Source: Calditrichia bacterium (lineage in GTDB: Bacteria > Calditrichota > Calditrichia > RBG-13-44-9 > J075). Taken from it: DNA of 64,000 bases. How positions within the stretch are numbered: position 1 is the first letter of the stretch; every line of letters begins with the position of its first letter. The position numbers and the translations under genes are program-made. Of this stretch, positions 9,022 through 18,968 are shown piece by piece. Where the stretch lies: assembly GCA_050633245.1 (NCBI GenBank), contig JBOEGD010000027.1, positions 134,624 to 198,623 of the forward strand, read 5' to 3'. The notes under the pieces were generated by a model, which had not been told where the DNA came from, did no database searches, and worked only from the letters and a program-made list of their open reading frames with translations.

Positions 9022-10371
9022 ATGTCAGATAAATTAATTCACATGACGTCCCTGTCCATTCGTAAATGGGACCTTGAACATTATCGTCTTTACCTGGATA
9101 CCTGGCAGGTAGCATTGGGCGAAGAACATGCGCTTTCGCTTGAGATTGGCATAGCGAAACCATCAGATATGCTTAAAGATTTTTTGAACACTATTCAACA
9201 ATCTGCAAAAGAACTATTCTCAACGAATGGCAAAGCTTCCAAAATAAAAATTGAAAATGAAGCGCTGGTAAAATCGAGATTATTAGCTTGGTTCAAGCGC
9301 ATAAATTCTGAGCTAAATAATCCGAAGCGAAAAAAAGACCAGCCCAAAATGATCTTTACCACTTACCAGGACGTCTATCCTGAGGGTGAAGATATTAAGA
9401 GCCTTGATAAGAAGACACAATCTCATGTAATGTTGAGCTGGGCTCGCAAGTATTACGAAAAAGGTGACTATAAGAAAGCGATTGATCCACTACGTCGCCT
9501 TATTAAAGCGGTGCCTGATTTTGGCCTTGCACACAAGTGGCTTGCCCGTTCTTTAAAGAAAGTTCGCAAGTACGATGAAGCAATGCGACAATATGAAAAA
9601 TATGTTGAGGTTGAAAACTCGCTCGATGCGTGGTTGGATCTGGCGAAGTCTTACCGAAAAGGCAAAGTCTTCGACAAAAGCGAAGAGATTTATCAAAAGA
9701 TCTTGAAAGATAATCCGCAGGAAAAAGAAGCGTTGATTGGGCTCGCACAAATTCACTACGCGCAAAAAGACGATCGTTACTCTGTAATTCTGGATGACCT
9801 CGGTAAAGTAGATCTGGACTGGCTGCAGGACTGGCTGAGAGACGAATTCAACTTTCGTATTTACCTATCCGAAAAAACACCTCTCTCCCCTATTCAAGCG
9901 GCCAAGTTTCTCGGTTACACGCGCGTTTTCGACTTAACAGAAAAGGCCTTCAAGAATGATGTGCCGTCCCATTTTAATCCGGCGCGTGCCCGCGTTAGTT
10001 TTTACCGCGAGGAATTAGAGAATTGGGCAGCTGTAATGAATCGCTTTTCATGTCTGGATGAGCCGATAAAGCTGTATCCTGAAAAGATCAATCGCGATGA
10101 CCCGAATCTGGAGATGCCGGATAGCAACACAATCAGTCGCATTACCCAACCGCTTGCTCAGGAAACAGAAGCTCCTGTAACAAAAGTTGAGGACATCCTT
10201 GCGCATATTCGTGCGCGAAAGGCTGAGCGGCTGGCAATGCAAGAGAGCAATGAGCCGTTAATGGAACCAGCCGATGGGCAAAGCAGTCAGCCGCAGCTGG
10301 TACATGATAGCACAGCGCCTCCAAAACGAGCTCGTAAATCCCCTGCAAAAAAGCGAGTGGCCAACTCATAA
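9022..10371 (+). CDS. Tetratricopeptide-repeat protein with a possible excisionase-like HTH and disordered basic tail
   Basis: TPR-like helices (YYEKGDYKKA, AHKWLA, AWLDLAKSY, ALIGLAQIHY); LSPIQAAKFLG...FYREELENW segment; AGGAG RBS. Confidence 0.75.
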   Translation: MSDKLIHMTSLSIRKWDLEHYRLYLDTWQVALGEEHALSLEIGIAKPSDMLKDFLNTIQQSAKELFSTNGKASKIKIENEALVKSRLLAWFKRINSELNNPKRKKDQPKMIFTTYQDVYPEGEDIKSLDKKTQSHVMLSWARKYYEKGDYKKAIDPLRRLIKAVPDFGLAHKWLARSLKKVRKYDEAMRQYEKYVEVENSLDAWLDLAKSYRKGKVFDKSEEIYQKILKDNPQEKEALIGLAQIHYAQKDDRYSVILDDLGKVDLDWLQDWLRDEFNFRIYLSEKTPLSPIQAAKFLGYTRVFDLTEKAFKNDVPSHFNPARARVSFYREELENWAAVMNRFSCLDEPIKLYPEKINRDDPNLEMPDSNTISRITQPLAQETEAPVTKVEDILAHIRARKAERLAMQESNEPLMEPADGQSSQPQLVHDSTAPPKRARKSPAKKRVANS

Positions 10372-10390
10372 CGTTTTTTCGTAGCATTAT

Positions 10391-10430
10391 AAAAAAGCCC
10401 GCTGTGGATTTTTCCACAGCGGGCTTTTTT
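10391..10430. terminator. Bidirectional Rho-independent terminator
   Basis: AAAAAAGCCCGCTGTGGA-tttt-TCCACAGCGGGCTTTTTT between convergent genes. Confidence 0.9.
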
Positions 10431-10594
10431 ATAAATAAACTTCAGGTCAATTAACGCACCGCGATTTCTTCTTTACAGACTTCCACTTAGACCTTTTCGA
10501 CAAAGAGTCTGCCTAAAAAGCGGATTTAAGAACTATTCAGACACTTTAACCATGGAGTAGAGTGCTCACATTATGAGTTATCTTCCTTAGTAGA

Positions 10595-11287
10595 CTAACT
10601 AATAACTTTTACTGCGATAAGTGACTTGGTTAGCCCAGCAGTTTTTTCTTCGATCACTTTACCTTCGGGAAATAGAGTAGCCATTTCTTTTTTATCAAGT
10701 AAATTCCAGTCCGGGCTTGTTTTCTTTACCCAAAATGAATTCACCACTCGCAATACCGGGATGAGAACAGGCCGCGGTAACCAGGCAATAAATGGTAACC
10801 AGGTGTGGCTTTCAATAATAAAATTGCGATACGGTGTTTGTACAAAATATTGTTTTCCTAAGCGTCTTACTTCCCTGGCAAACTCCTGTTGACGACTAAA
10901 TGCACGTTCGCGAAATTCTTTGCCTGATTTGATTTGCCAAACCTGCTCTTTTGGGACTGTAACATGTTCAATAACAGAAGAGCAGTAAACGATATCAAAA
11001 AAGTGTTCTTCAAAAGGCAAGGCACCAGACTCGGTTATTTCAACCGGAGTAAACCCATATAACCTCTGTCCTTTTTTTACTGCCTCTGCACTAATGTCAG
11101 CAATAAAAACATTTTGGGGAAGAATTTCAGTTCCAGATATTACGCTGTGGATATGAGAACCATATTCTGAGCCTAAATCAAGGATCTTGGTCGAAGAGGA
11201 GATGTCAAAGTGCTGGCTGAAAATTCTAATACGTTTTTCTCTGAATGATTTTGATGCCTTCAATGCGAGGTTCTTAAAAAAACTCAT
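10595..11287 (-). CDS. Class I SAM-dependent methyltransferase
   Basis: ILDLGS, LPFEEHFFDIVYCSSVIEHV, VQTPY. Confidence 0.85.
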   Translation of the reverse strand: MSFFKNLALKASKSFREKRIRIFSQHFDISSSTKILDLGSEYGSHIHSVISGTEILPQNVFIADISAEAVKKGQRLYGFTPVEITESGALPFEEHFFDIVYCSSVIEHVTVPKEQVWQIKSGKEFRERAFSRQQEFAREVRRLGKQYFVQTPYRNFIIESHTWLPFIAWLPRPVLIPVLRVVNSFWVKKTSPDWNLLDKKEMATLFPEGKVIEEKTAGLTKSLIAVKVIS

Positions 11288-11331
11288 GTTTCCTCATTTT
11301 TTGTATGTAGACAGGTAAAAACCGAACGAGT

Positions 11332-11889
11332 TTAGCCTCTCACTAAAAGAACTGTCAATTTTTCCGGGCCGTGAACACCTAAAACCAGTTTTTTTTCAAT
11401 GTCAGCTGTTCGGCTTGGCCCGGTAAACAAAAACGGCTTTGAAGAATTTTTATCGATAAATTCATAAAGTTTCACCAGGCTTGATAATATCTTTTCCTCT
11501 TCTATAACGACGATGACTGCCGGTGGCAGAAGTGTAAGCAAGCGACTTTTATGTGTTGGCTCTAAAAAAACAATTGTTCCGGTATCAGCTAATAAATAGT
11601 CTGCGGTTGTAATAGCTAATTCACAATCCGCAATCTGCTTTTTAAACTGTTTCCTCTCTTGCCTTGTCATGGAATTTGCAGAAACACGAACGATTTTCGC
11701 TTCGCAAGAGTCCATTACCACTTGAACACTATCTTCAGTTGCAAGAATACCCGCCTCATGGAGTGCAATAGCTGTATTGCAGGATGAAACCATCTCTCGT
11801 AGCGTCTCACCTAACTCAGCTTTTGATCGTGTAAGAACACTTCCCTTTAGCTCAGTAAGACGAGTGATAATGTGTTCAACACTACTCAT
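11332..11889 (-). CDS. lutC: LutC/YkgG (LUD domain) protein
   Basis: ADTGT, LLPP, TGPSRTADIE..LVLGVHGP. Confidence 0.9.
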   Translation of the reverse strand: MSSVEHIITRLTELKGSVLTRSKAELGETLREMVSSCNTAIALHEAGILATEDSVQVVMDSCEAKIVRVSANSMTRQERKQFKKQIADCELAITTADYLLADTGTIVFLEPTHKSRLLTLLPPAVIVVIEEEKILSSLVKLYEFIDKNSSKPFLFTGPSRTADIEKKLVLGVHGPEKLTVLLVRG

Positions 11890-13282
11890 TAGTATCTCGG
11901 TCTGTCTGTAATTCTCTCCACAGCTCTTTAAACGAAGAAGCGGGTGGCTGTGGGAGGTTTCGCGAGCTGGACCATCCAGGAACTTTAAGTTTGCTGCCGA
12001 GTAATCTTTGCAATCCTTTTCCCAAGCCTATCAAACGGGAAAAAGACCTGGAAGAGGAGGCTGAATTAACGAAAGCCTTCATTCCAAATGCCTCCAGATT
12101 TGGCTGTAGCCCGGCCTCAACCACTTGTTCACGTTGATATAACAGCAACTCATGTAAAGGAATCTTTACCGGGCAAACCTCGCTGCAGGTTCCACAAAGT
12201 GAGGATGCAAATGGTAAATCCTTTGCCTTTTCAAGGCCTAAAAGGCTTGGTGTTATTACAGCACCAATTGGTCCCTGATAGACCCAACCGTAGGCATGTC
12301 CGCCAATGTTTTGATAAATTGGACAGGAATTATAGCAGGCACCGCAGCGGATACAGTGCAGAGCCTCCTTCAGCCGCTTATCGGCGAGCAGCTTACTGCG
12401 TCCATTGTCAACAATAATATAGTACACCTTTTCAGGACCATCCGGGTGCTCCTCACTAACGGGGCCACCAAAGGTGGAGATGAAGCTGGTCAGGCGTTGC
12501 CCCGTACTGCTGCGACACAGCAACGGCAAAAAGAGACCCAGATCCTGCATTTGAGGAATTAAGCGTTCCATACCGATAAAAGCTACGTGAATATCTGGTA
12601 AGGAAGCACATAATCTCGCGTTTCCTTCATTCTCAACAACTGTAATGCAGCCGTTCTCGACAATGCCGAAATTCGCTCCGGTAATCCCCATATCCGCTTG
12701 TAGAAATTCTTTGCGCAAACGTTCACGAGCGGCTCGTGTTAGCGTTTCAGGATCATCGGAGTAAGGTATGCCAAGATACTTCTGAAAAATCTTTCCAATT
12801 TCCTGTCGAGATAAGTGAATTGCCGGGCCTGTAAGATGGGATGGTGGATCGCCATTGAGTTGTATGATATATTCACCAAGATCAGTCTCAACCACGCTTA
12901 TGTCGAGCGATTGAAGATAGTCATTCAAACCGATCTCTTCTGTAAGCATGGATTTTGACTTAACCACACGCTTTACATTATTTTCTTGCGCAATTATTCC
13001 AGCAAGCTCCACGGCTTCTTTTGCACTGCTCGCACGTTGTACACTAATCCCCTGAGATTCAGCTTGTTCTATGAATTGCTCAAGATAGACTTCCAGATTG
13101 TCTACAACTTCCTTCTTTATTTGTCTGGCCTGTTCGCGCGATGCATGCCAGTCTATCTCAGCAATCACCTTTTCGCGCTTATTCATCGATAGCCACGTGG
13201 CTCGATCTACATTTTGACGCATGGTTGAATTGTTAAGATGTGATGGAAGGTCTTCTTTGAAAAGATGAGAGCGGCTTTGCAT
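11882..13282 (-). CDS. lutB: LutB/LldF iron-sulfur lactate utilisation protein
   Basis: KSKSMLTEEI, ETDLGEYIIQL, CIRCGACYNSCP, SSLCGTCSEVCPVKIPL. Confidence 0.93.
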   Translation of the reverse strand: MQSRSHLFKEDLPSHLNNSTMRQNVDRATWLSMNKREKVIAEIDWHASREQARQIKKEVVDNLEVYLEQFIEQAESQGISVQRASSAKEAVELAGIIAQENNVKRVVKSKSMLTEEIGLNDYLQSLDISVVETDLGEYIIQLNGDPPSHLTGPAIHLSRQEIGKIFQKYLGIPYSDDPETLTRAARERLRKEFLQADMGITGANFGIVENGCITVVENEGNARLCASLPDIHVAFIGMERLIPQMQDLGLFLPLLCRSSTGQRLTSFISTFGGPVSEEHPDGPEKVYYIIVDNGRSKLLADKRLKEALHCIRCGACYNSCPIYQNIGGHAYGWVYQGPIGAVITPSLLGLEKAKDLPFASSLCGTCSEVCPVKIPLHELLLYQREQVVEAGLQPNLEAFGMKAFVNSASSSRSFSRLIGLGKGLQRLLGSKLKVPGWSSSRNLPQPPASSFKELWRELQTDRDTNE

Positions 13283-13433
13283 GGATTAGATCTACTTGTT
13301 ATGGTTTTGGGAGGAGCAGATACACAAACACGCTGAGTGTCTGGGCAAAAAGAAACAATCGTCTCATTGTACTTGATGTTTACAAAGCAAAAGGTCGAAA
13401 TCGGTTTAGTTGAGTGACGAAAGCAAGAATATC

Positions 13434-14852
13434 CTAGTAGGCGCCTTTGCAGAATACCACAATCGGGATAGTTTTAACAATGATCTTCAGATCAAGCCAA
13501 AACGACCAGTTGTCAATATATTTCAGATCGAGTCTCATCCATTCCTCGAAGCCGATATTACTGCGCCCTGAAATTTGCCAGACACAGGTAATGCCAGGCC
13601 TCATGGATAAACGACGGCGCTGCCAGCTTTCATAATTATTCACTTCCGATGGAACAGGTGGTCGCGGGCCAACCACACTCATTTCACCTTTTAATACATT
13701 GATGAACTGTGGAAATTCATCCAGACTGGACTTACGAAGCCACTTGCCAACCCATGTTACGCGCGGGTCATTTTTCATTTTAAACACCGGCCCGCTAACT
13801 TCATTCATCCCGGCGAGATTGGCTTTCAGCACCTCCGCATCCTGCACCATCGTACGAAACTTAAGCATGGGAAAACGTCTGCCATTTAATCCACAACGTT
13901 CCTGGATAAAGAAGATTGGTCCTTCAGAAGTAATCTTAATCAGTAGACTGATAATTAAGAAGAACGGGGAGAATAACAATAAGATAATTGATGCAACAAC
14001 AATGTCCAGCGCACGTTTAAGGAGCAGCGGCATCAGATTATTTGGAGTAGAGGTAAATGTCAACATCGGCAAACCATTCAGATGTTCGACGGAGGTTTGT
14101 GCTATCAGCATGCGGAAGAAGTTTGAGAGCAACCGAACCGTTACACCGACTTCTTCACAAACATCGATAATACTCTGAATATTGTCCATCTTTTTAAAAG
14201 GAACAGCACAAACCACTTCATCTATCGGATAAGCTTGTAGAATCTCGTGCAAATCCGTATCTGTTCCCAGGATTTCATAGCCATAGCGATACTGCCCGAC
14301 AGTTGTTGTGTCTTTATCAATCAAACCCACAACACGAATCCCCATTAGCTCTTGTTGATGAATAGTATCGAGAAATTCCTGGGCCTTCTTTCCACTTCCA
14401 ACAATAAGCACATTGCGCTTACTATAACCATTTTTTCGCAAGTAATGGATAATATTTTGCAGTAAAATTTTGTTAAAAGTAATCATCAACGTGGCCATAC
14501 CGCCATATAGAAAAATCAGAATGCGGCTGACTGACTGAAATTTCAGAACAAAAAAGACAACCAAAATAGAGATGATAACCATCGCCATGGTCTTTGCAGA
14601 GTTTTTAAGGATTTGCCAAATGCTCTTAAAACGGACTGAATCGAACATCTTAAATTCCTGTCCCCAGAAATAATAGAGGAATGGAATAAAAACGAGGGTA
14701 ATAAAGATTTCGTCGGTAACGCGTAGTCCGCGAACATTAATTGGCAGGAAATTGGTCTTGATCATATACGCGATATAAAGGGCAACAGAGTTCGCAGCCA
14801 AGTCCCAGAAGATATAAACACGCCGTATTAGCGCTTGTCGTTCTCTAATCAT
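13434..14852 (-). CDS. Initiating polyprenyl-phosphate sugar phosphotransferase (WcaJ/WbaP-like)
   Basis: N-terminal TM helices, LIVGSG domain, KFRTM, DPRVT..G..LRKSSLDEFPQF.NVLKGEMSVVGPRP. Confidence 0.95.
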   Translation of the reverse strand: MIRERQALIRRVYIFWDLAANSVALYIAYMIKTNFLPINVRGLRVTDEIFITLVFIPFLYYFWGQEFKMFDSVRFKSIWQILKNSAKTMAMVIISILVVFFVLKFQSVSRILIFLYGGMATLMITFNKILLQNIIHYLRKNGYSKRNVLIVGSGKKAQEFLDTIHQQELMGIRVVGLIDKDTTTVGQYRYGYEILGTDTDLHEILQAYPIDEVVCAVPFKKMDNIQSIIDVCEEVGVTVRLLSNFFRMLIAQTSVEHLNGLPMLTFTSTPNNLMPLLLKRALDIVVASIILLLFSPFFLIISLLIKITSEGPIFFIQERCGLNGRRFPMLKFRTMVQDAEVLKANLAGMNEVSGPVFKMKNDPRVTWVGKWLRKSSLDEFPQFINVLKGEMSVVGPRPPVPSEVNNYESWQRRRLSMRPGITCVWQISGRSNIGFEEWMRLDLKYIDNWSFWLDLKIIVKTIPIVVFCKGAY

Positions 14853-14971
14853 AATTCGATTCCGTTAAAGTCCCTTTGGGGCAACATGACGTATGCAATA
14901 TGCAGTTCATAGTGCAAATTCGTTTGCGGGATATCACGCAGTTGTGTGACTATTTTTCAAAGACTCGTAAT

Positions 14972-15766
14972 TTAATCGCTTCTCTTCGGAAAAAAAAACC
15001 TCTTTATTTTCTCCTTAAAAACCAGATAAAGAAATAAAGAATTGGTTCTGGCATAGCGTTTCCACATACGCCCTGGTTCCTGATACACTCTGTAGAGCCA
15101 TTCAAGTCCGGACTGTTGCATCCACACCGGGGCACGCTGTGTTTTCCCCGCGACAATATCAAAGCTCCCACCAACTCCCATGCAAAAAGGAACTGCCATT
15201 TGCTGAAGATACTTGTTAATAAAGATTTCTTTCATTGGCGAACTTATACCAAGAAGAAGAATATCTGCTTTTGATTCTTTAATACTCTCGACAATTGTCA
15301 TTTCTTCTTTAGCTGAGAAGTAGCCATGATGCCCTAATATTTGAAGGCCTGGGTATCGGGATTTATAGATGCGCAAAACACGGTTATTGACTTCACTTGT
15401 AGCACCGAGGCAATACACCCGCCATCCTTTAGTCGCTGCTTCCACAATGAGGCGCTGCATCAAATCGACTCCCGCCACCCGCTCTTTCAGCGGTGTACCA
15501 AGAATCCGCGATGCCCATACCACGGCCTGCCCATCGGCATTTATAAGATCGGCCTCATTGATAATACCTCGTATTTTTGAGTCACCATGCGCCTGCACAG
15601 TCTTAAGAGCATTTATAACGACATGTTGGATGATCTGGCGACTTGCAATAACGTCTGTAATCTTCAGGATCGTTTCTTCCATAGTTAGATTGTCAATTGG
15701 TAATCCAAGGAAGTCGACTCTTTCCTGACGTGCTTCTTCTGTTTTGAAATCACTATTTTGTCTCAT
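14972..15766 (-). CDS. WecB/TagA/CpsF (GT26) glycosyltransferase
   Basis: ADGQAVVWA, ERVAGVDL, GVGGSFD, RAPVWMQ..GLEWLYR..QEP.R. Confidence 0.95.
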   Translation of the reverse strand: MRQNSDFKTEEARQERVDFLGLPIDNLTMEETILKITDVIASRQIIQHVVINALKTVQAHGDSKIRGIINEADLINADGQAVVWASRILGTPLKERVAGVDLMQRLIVEAATKGWRVYCLGATSEVNNRVLRIYKSRYPGLQILGHHGYFSAKEEMTIVESIKESKADILLLGISSPMKEIFINKYLQQMAVPFCMGVGGSFDIVAGKTQRAPVWMQQSGLEWLYRVYQEPGRMWKRYARTNSLFLYLVFKEKIKRFFFPKRSD

Positions 15767-16155
15767 TAGCGATAATCCATGGTTTAGACATCAAAAATTG
15801 CAGATACATTAAATTAGCCGGTTTTAGAAAACAAAAGAGTGTCATATCGCAAAGTGCTGAAACAAAAAAAGTGTTTTTAAAATAAACTCGTCGTCAAGCA
15901 GGTAGAAATAAAGAGGAGCGATATGCTTAGATCTGTAACAACGGGGTGTTAAGCAAATAATGATAAAGCTCGAATTACTTTATTTTTGTTTTCGGCGAAG
16001 GTGAAGACACCTTGGGCATAATTCTAACCGACTCCCTTTACTTGAAAACTCCCTAATTTACGTCGTTCAAACTTGCCGATATTACTTTGAATCTAATAAG
16101 GTCGTTATGAAGTGCCTCCGGTACTTTTTAAATCATTTTTATCTGAGCAGTTCGT

Positions 16156-16237
16156 TTTTTGCCCCGACCGCGTCGGGGCGATATATTTATAGCCAAGTAG
16201 ATAAATTAGATCCCACAAGCTTCAGCGGGGCGGCATA
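16156..16237. repeat. REP-like GC-rich palindromic element
   Basis: GCCCCGAC-cgc-GTCGGGGC hairpin plus a degenerate second copy (GCTTCAGCGGGGCGGC) in a long AT-rich spacer. Confidence 0.5.
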
Positions 16238-16351
16238 ATTAGTTTAATTTCTCTGATAATCGTTAATTGCCAACACTCTAGTTTAATCTTCTTTTTTAAA
16301 GCAGCCGCAAGATAAAATACACAAAATACAAATAACCTTCTTTTACCTAAT

Positions 16352-17647
16352 CTACGATGTATGAGCGATATTTAGCTTTATAGTTTTAGATTTTTTTAAT
16401 ACACAGCTCTGTAGCAAACATAAGGATGCAAACAGTTGCGACTGTGTCCAGCGCGGTGTCGGGAAACGCATTTTAATCCCAAACAAGAGTTCACGGGTTA
16501 CAAAGTAACCTTCAGGTGTTTGATAGTCCTCTAAGAGCCATTTTCCCAGCCTTTTAGCCGTTTTTAATGCTTCAGGATGGCGGTCTGCCAGCAAGATACC
16601 AAGGTTAATCCCTTCAGCATAATCATACATTTCCTGTTTTACTAACTGCATGCGATTCACATGATAAAAGGGTTTTGGACGAAGCTCCTTGTTCATCAGA
16701 TTTTGAAGGTAGAAATCATAACCTCGGATTACAGCTTTATTAATTTCTGGTAAATTCAAATAGCTATTGGTGTAGATAAGATTTTTTAAAACAATACAGG
16801 TATGAAAATTATCAATAAACTCATCATGCGGATTTGTTACATCGTATAACCATGCCCCGTCTTCTCGCTGTGCGGCCAGAATAAAGCGACAGTTTTTGCG
16901 TGCTTCTTCAAGTAGCTTCTGATCAGAAAAACGTGTACCAGCATCCGCAAGTATAGTAGCCCTATAAGCATTTGCATTAACAACCGTCGTTGAATCTATT
17001 GGAGAATAGCTCGTTGAGACCGTTCCATTCGGCAAAGTTCTTTTATTGAGATCTTTTAGAGCAAAATTGGCAATCCCACGGCACATATCGGCATACTTTA
17101 CATCAGACGTTATATCAGCTAGTTCTGCAAAAACCTTGTAAACATATGGAGTCGTTGTAATAAACGGCGTACCCTCTGGCCACAGCCCGCGGTTTGTTTG
17201 CCAATCGAACGGATATCCCCAACATGGCCCCGAATAACCCTCAATAACGTAAGATTCCATTGCCTCGGCTAACTCAACAACTTTTTCGAGCCATATTTTC
17301 TCCCCAGTCATTCGGTATTTCGTAAGGAAAGCAAAGGCATAATGCGCGTCAGCAGTAGCATACCGTTTTTTTTTTGCAACATATTTACGTAATTGCGGCC
17401 AAACATAATCTGCAAAAAAAACAGGAACAACAAACGGAGTTCCAAGATATTTCTTCTCGTGATATAACCCTTTCGCCCATTTACCATATCTTGTTGCCCA
17501 CAAATCGTAAAGGTCATACCCGGCATAGCCATAGCCATCAAGCCACTTCATAAAGAGATCTATTCCATGCCCCAAACTTTTATTCAGAGCTATATCCAAA
17601 TTGTCATCTACTGGAAGTTCTTTATCAGTTTTTGGGTTCTTATTCAT
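16352..17647 (-). CDS. Polysaccharide-locus protein, probable (alpha/alpha)-barrel glycoside hydrolase/epimerase-like fold
   Basis: CWGYPFDWQ, SYSP...VVNAN, QREDGAWLY, IDNFHT, RWTQ; helical, aromatic-rich. Confidence 0.6.
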   Translation of the reverse strand: MNKNPKTDKELPVDDNLDIALNKSLGHGIDLFMKWLDGYGYAGYDLYDLWATRYGKWAKGLYHEKKYLGTPFVVPVFFADYVWPQLRKYVAKKKRYATADAHYAFAFLTKYRMTGEKIWLEKVVELAEAMESYVIEGYSGPCWGYPFDWQTNRGLWPEGTPFITTTPYVYKVFAELADITSDVKYADMCRGIANFALKDLNKRTLPNGTVSTSYSPIDSTTVVNANAYRATILADAGTRFSDQKLLEEARKNCRFILAAQREDGAWLYDVTNPHDEFIDNFHTCIVLKNLIYTNSYLNLPEINKAVIRGYDFYLQNLMNKELRPKPFYHVNRMQLVKQEMYDYAEGINLGILLADRHPEALKTAKRLGKWLLEDYQTPEGYFVTRELLFGIKMRFPTPRWTQSQLFASLCLLQSCVLKKSKTIKLNIAHTS

Positions 17648-18789
17648 TTATTAGCCTCCTGTAGCGAAGCATTTTCGTTTATTTTAGCCACTTCTTTGTA
17701 AATCTTTCTCAATCGTTTTGCTACATTTTCTGCAAGAAAGTGTTTCCGGGCATAATCGCTATTATAGTGTCCAACTTCCACCATTTTAGTTGGTGATGAC
17801 AGCAGCCTATCGCACTCTCCTGCGAGCACTTTCGGTTCCAGAGAGTCGGTTAATGCCCCCATTTTACCCGCATCAAAGAAATCTGCTAAACCAGCGACTG
17901 GCCGCGTAACAACCGGTAATCCTGCCGCCATGGCTTCCAAGACCGATGTTGGCATTCCCTCAGGATAATACGTTGGAAAAAGGTAAAGATCAGCCCTTTG
18001 GTAGACTCGATACTTATCCACTCCGCTTATGTAGCCAGGAAATTGAATCCAGGTGATACCTGCACAAAAATCACGCACTTCTTTCTCGACAGAACCATTT
18101 CCTGCAACAATAAGCTGTAAATCGGGATAGCTTCGTTTGAGAATTCGACAAGTCTCAATTGTTTCAAAAATCCCCTTTTTCCTCTCAAGTCTTGATAGAA
18201 AAAGTATGACCGGCTTTTTTTGCTTTGTAGAGTTATTGTTATCGTTTTTAGATTGCTCAATAAACGCAAAGAGGTCCTTATCAACGAAGGTGGTTTCAAG
18301 GTAGACAGGCCGTTCATAATCCCACGATTTCAAAACTTGTTTAAACTCGTTTGCCAGAACAGCACTGGCATCTGCTTTTAGCAAAAATTTAAGAAAAAGA
18401 CGCCATGGGAAATGTCCACATTTTTTGGCAAAATCAACATGCCAACCGTGAAAAAAAACAAATGTCTTTTTCTTATACAGGTAAGCAAGAAGGATAAAAA
18501 TACTGTCACGTATTAATCCAGCCGGATTAAGAGAAGGGTTACTGTGCACCAGGTCGATAGAATCATTTCTGAGGATTTTTACATATCGCACATAGTCCAT
18601 TAGAAATCTTTGGATTTGTGTGGATCCTTTACGAGAACCCTCTCTACTACCAAGAACAAAGTAGGTAATATTATCACCTAACTTTGGTGTAAGAATTGAC
18701 AGATAATTAGCAACTCCTCCACTTTCTTCAAAAGACGGGCCGGTAATCAATACCTTTATCGAAGTTTTACGATTATCTATTGATGACAT
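17644..18789 (-). CDS. GT4 glycosyltransferase
   Basis: LFLSRL..KKG, EGMPTSVLEAMAAGLPVV. Confidence 0.92.
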   Translation of the reverse strand: MSSIDNRKTSIKVLITGPSFEESGGVANYLSILTPKLGDNITYFVLGSREGSRKGSTQIQRFLMDYVRYVKILRNDSIDLVHSNPSLNPAGLIRDSIFILLAYLYKKKTFVFFHGWHVDFAKKCGHFPWRLFLKFLLKADASAVLANEFKQVLKSWDYERPVYLETTFVDKDLFAFIEQSKNDNNNSTKQKKPVILFLSRLERKKGIFETIETCRILKRSYPDLQLIVAGNGSVEKEVRDFCAGITWIQFPGYISGVDKYRVYQRADLYLFPTYYPEGMPTSVLEAMAAGLPVVTRPVAGLADFFDAGKMGALTDSLEPKVLAGECDRLLSSPTKMVEVGHYNSDYARKHFLAENVAKRLRKIYKEVAKINENASLQEANK

Positions 18790-18968
18790 TCACTGTCCTT
18801 TCATCACTCTTCCAAAAATTGTCTAATTGGGTTTACGACTTCTTTCTAAAGACTGCAATAGTGCCTTTTTCCCAATCATATCAAGCAAGAATGCATACTA
18901 GCGAAAATCCCTTGTAGCGTTGTGTATTCAGGTTGGCAATGAGCCACTCAATATGAATGAACTGTTTA

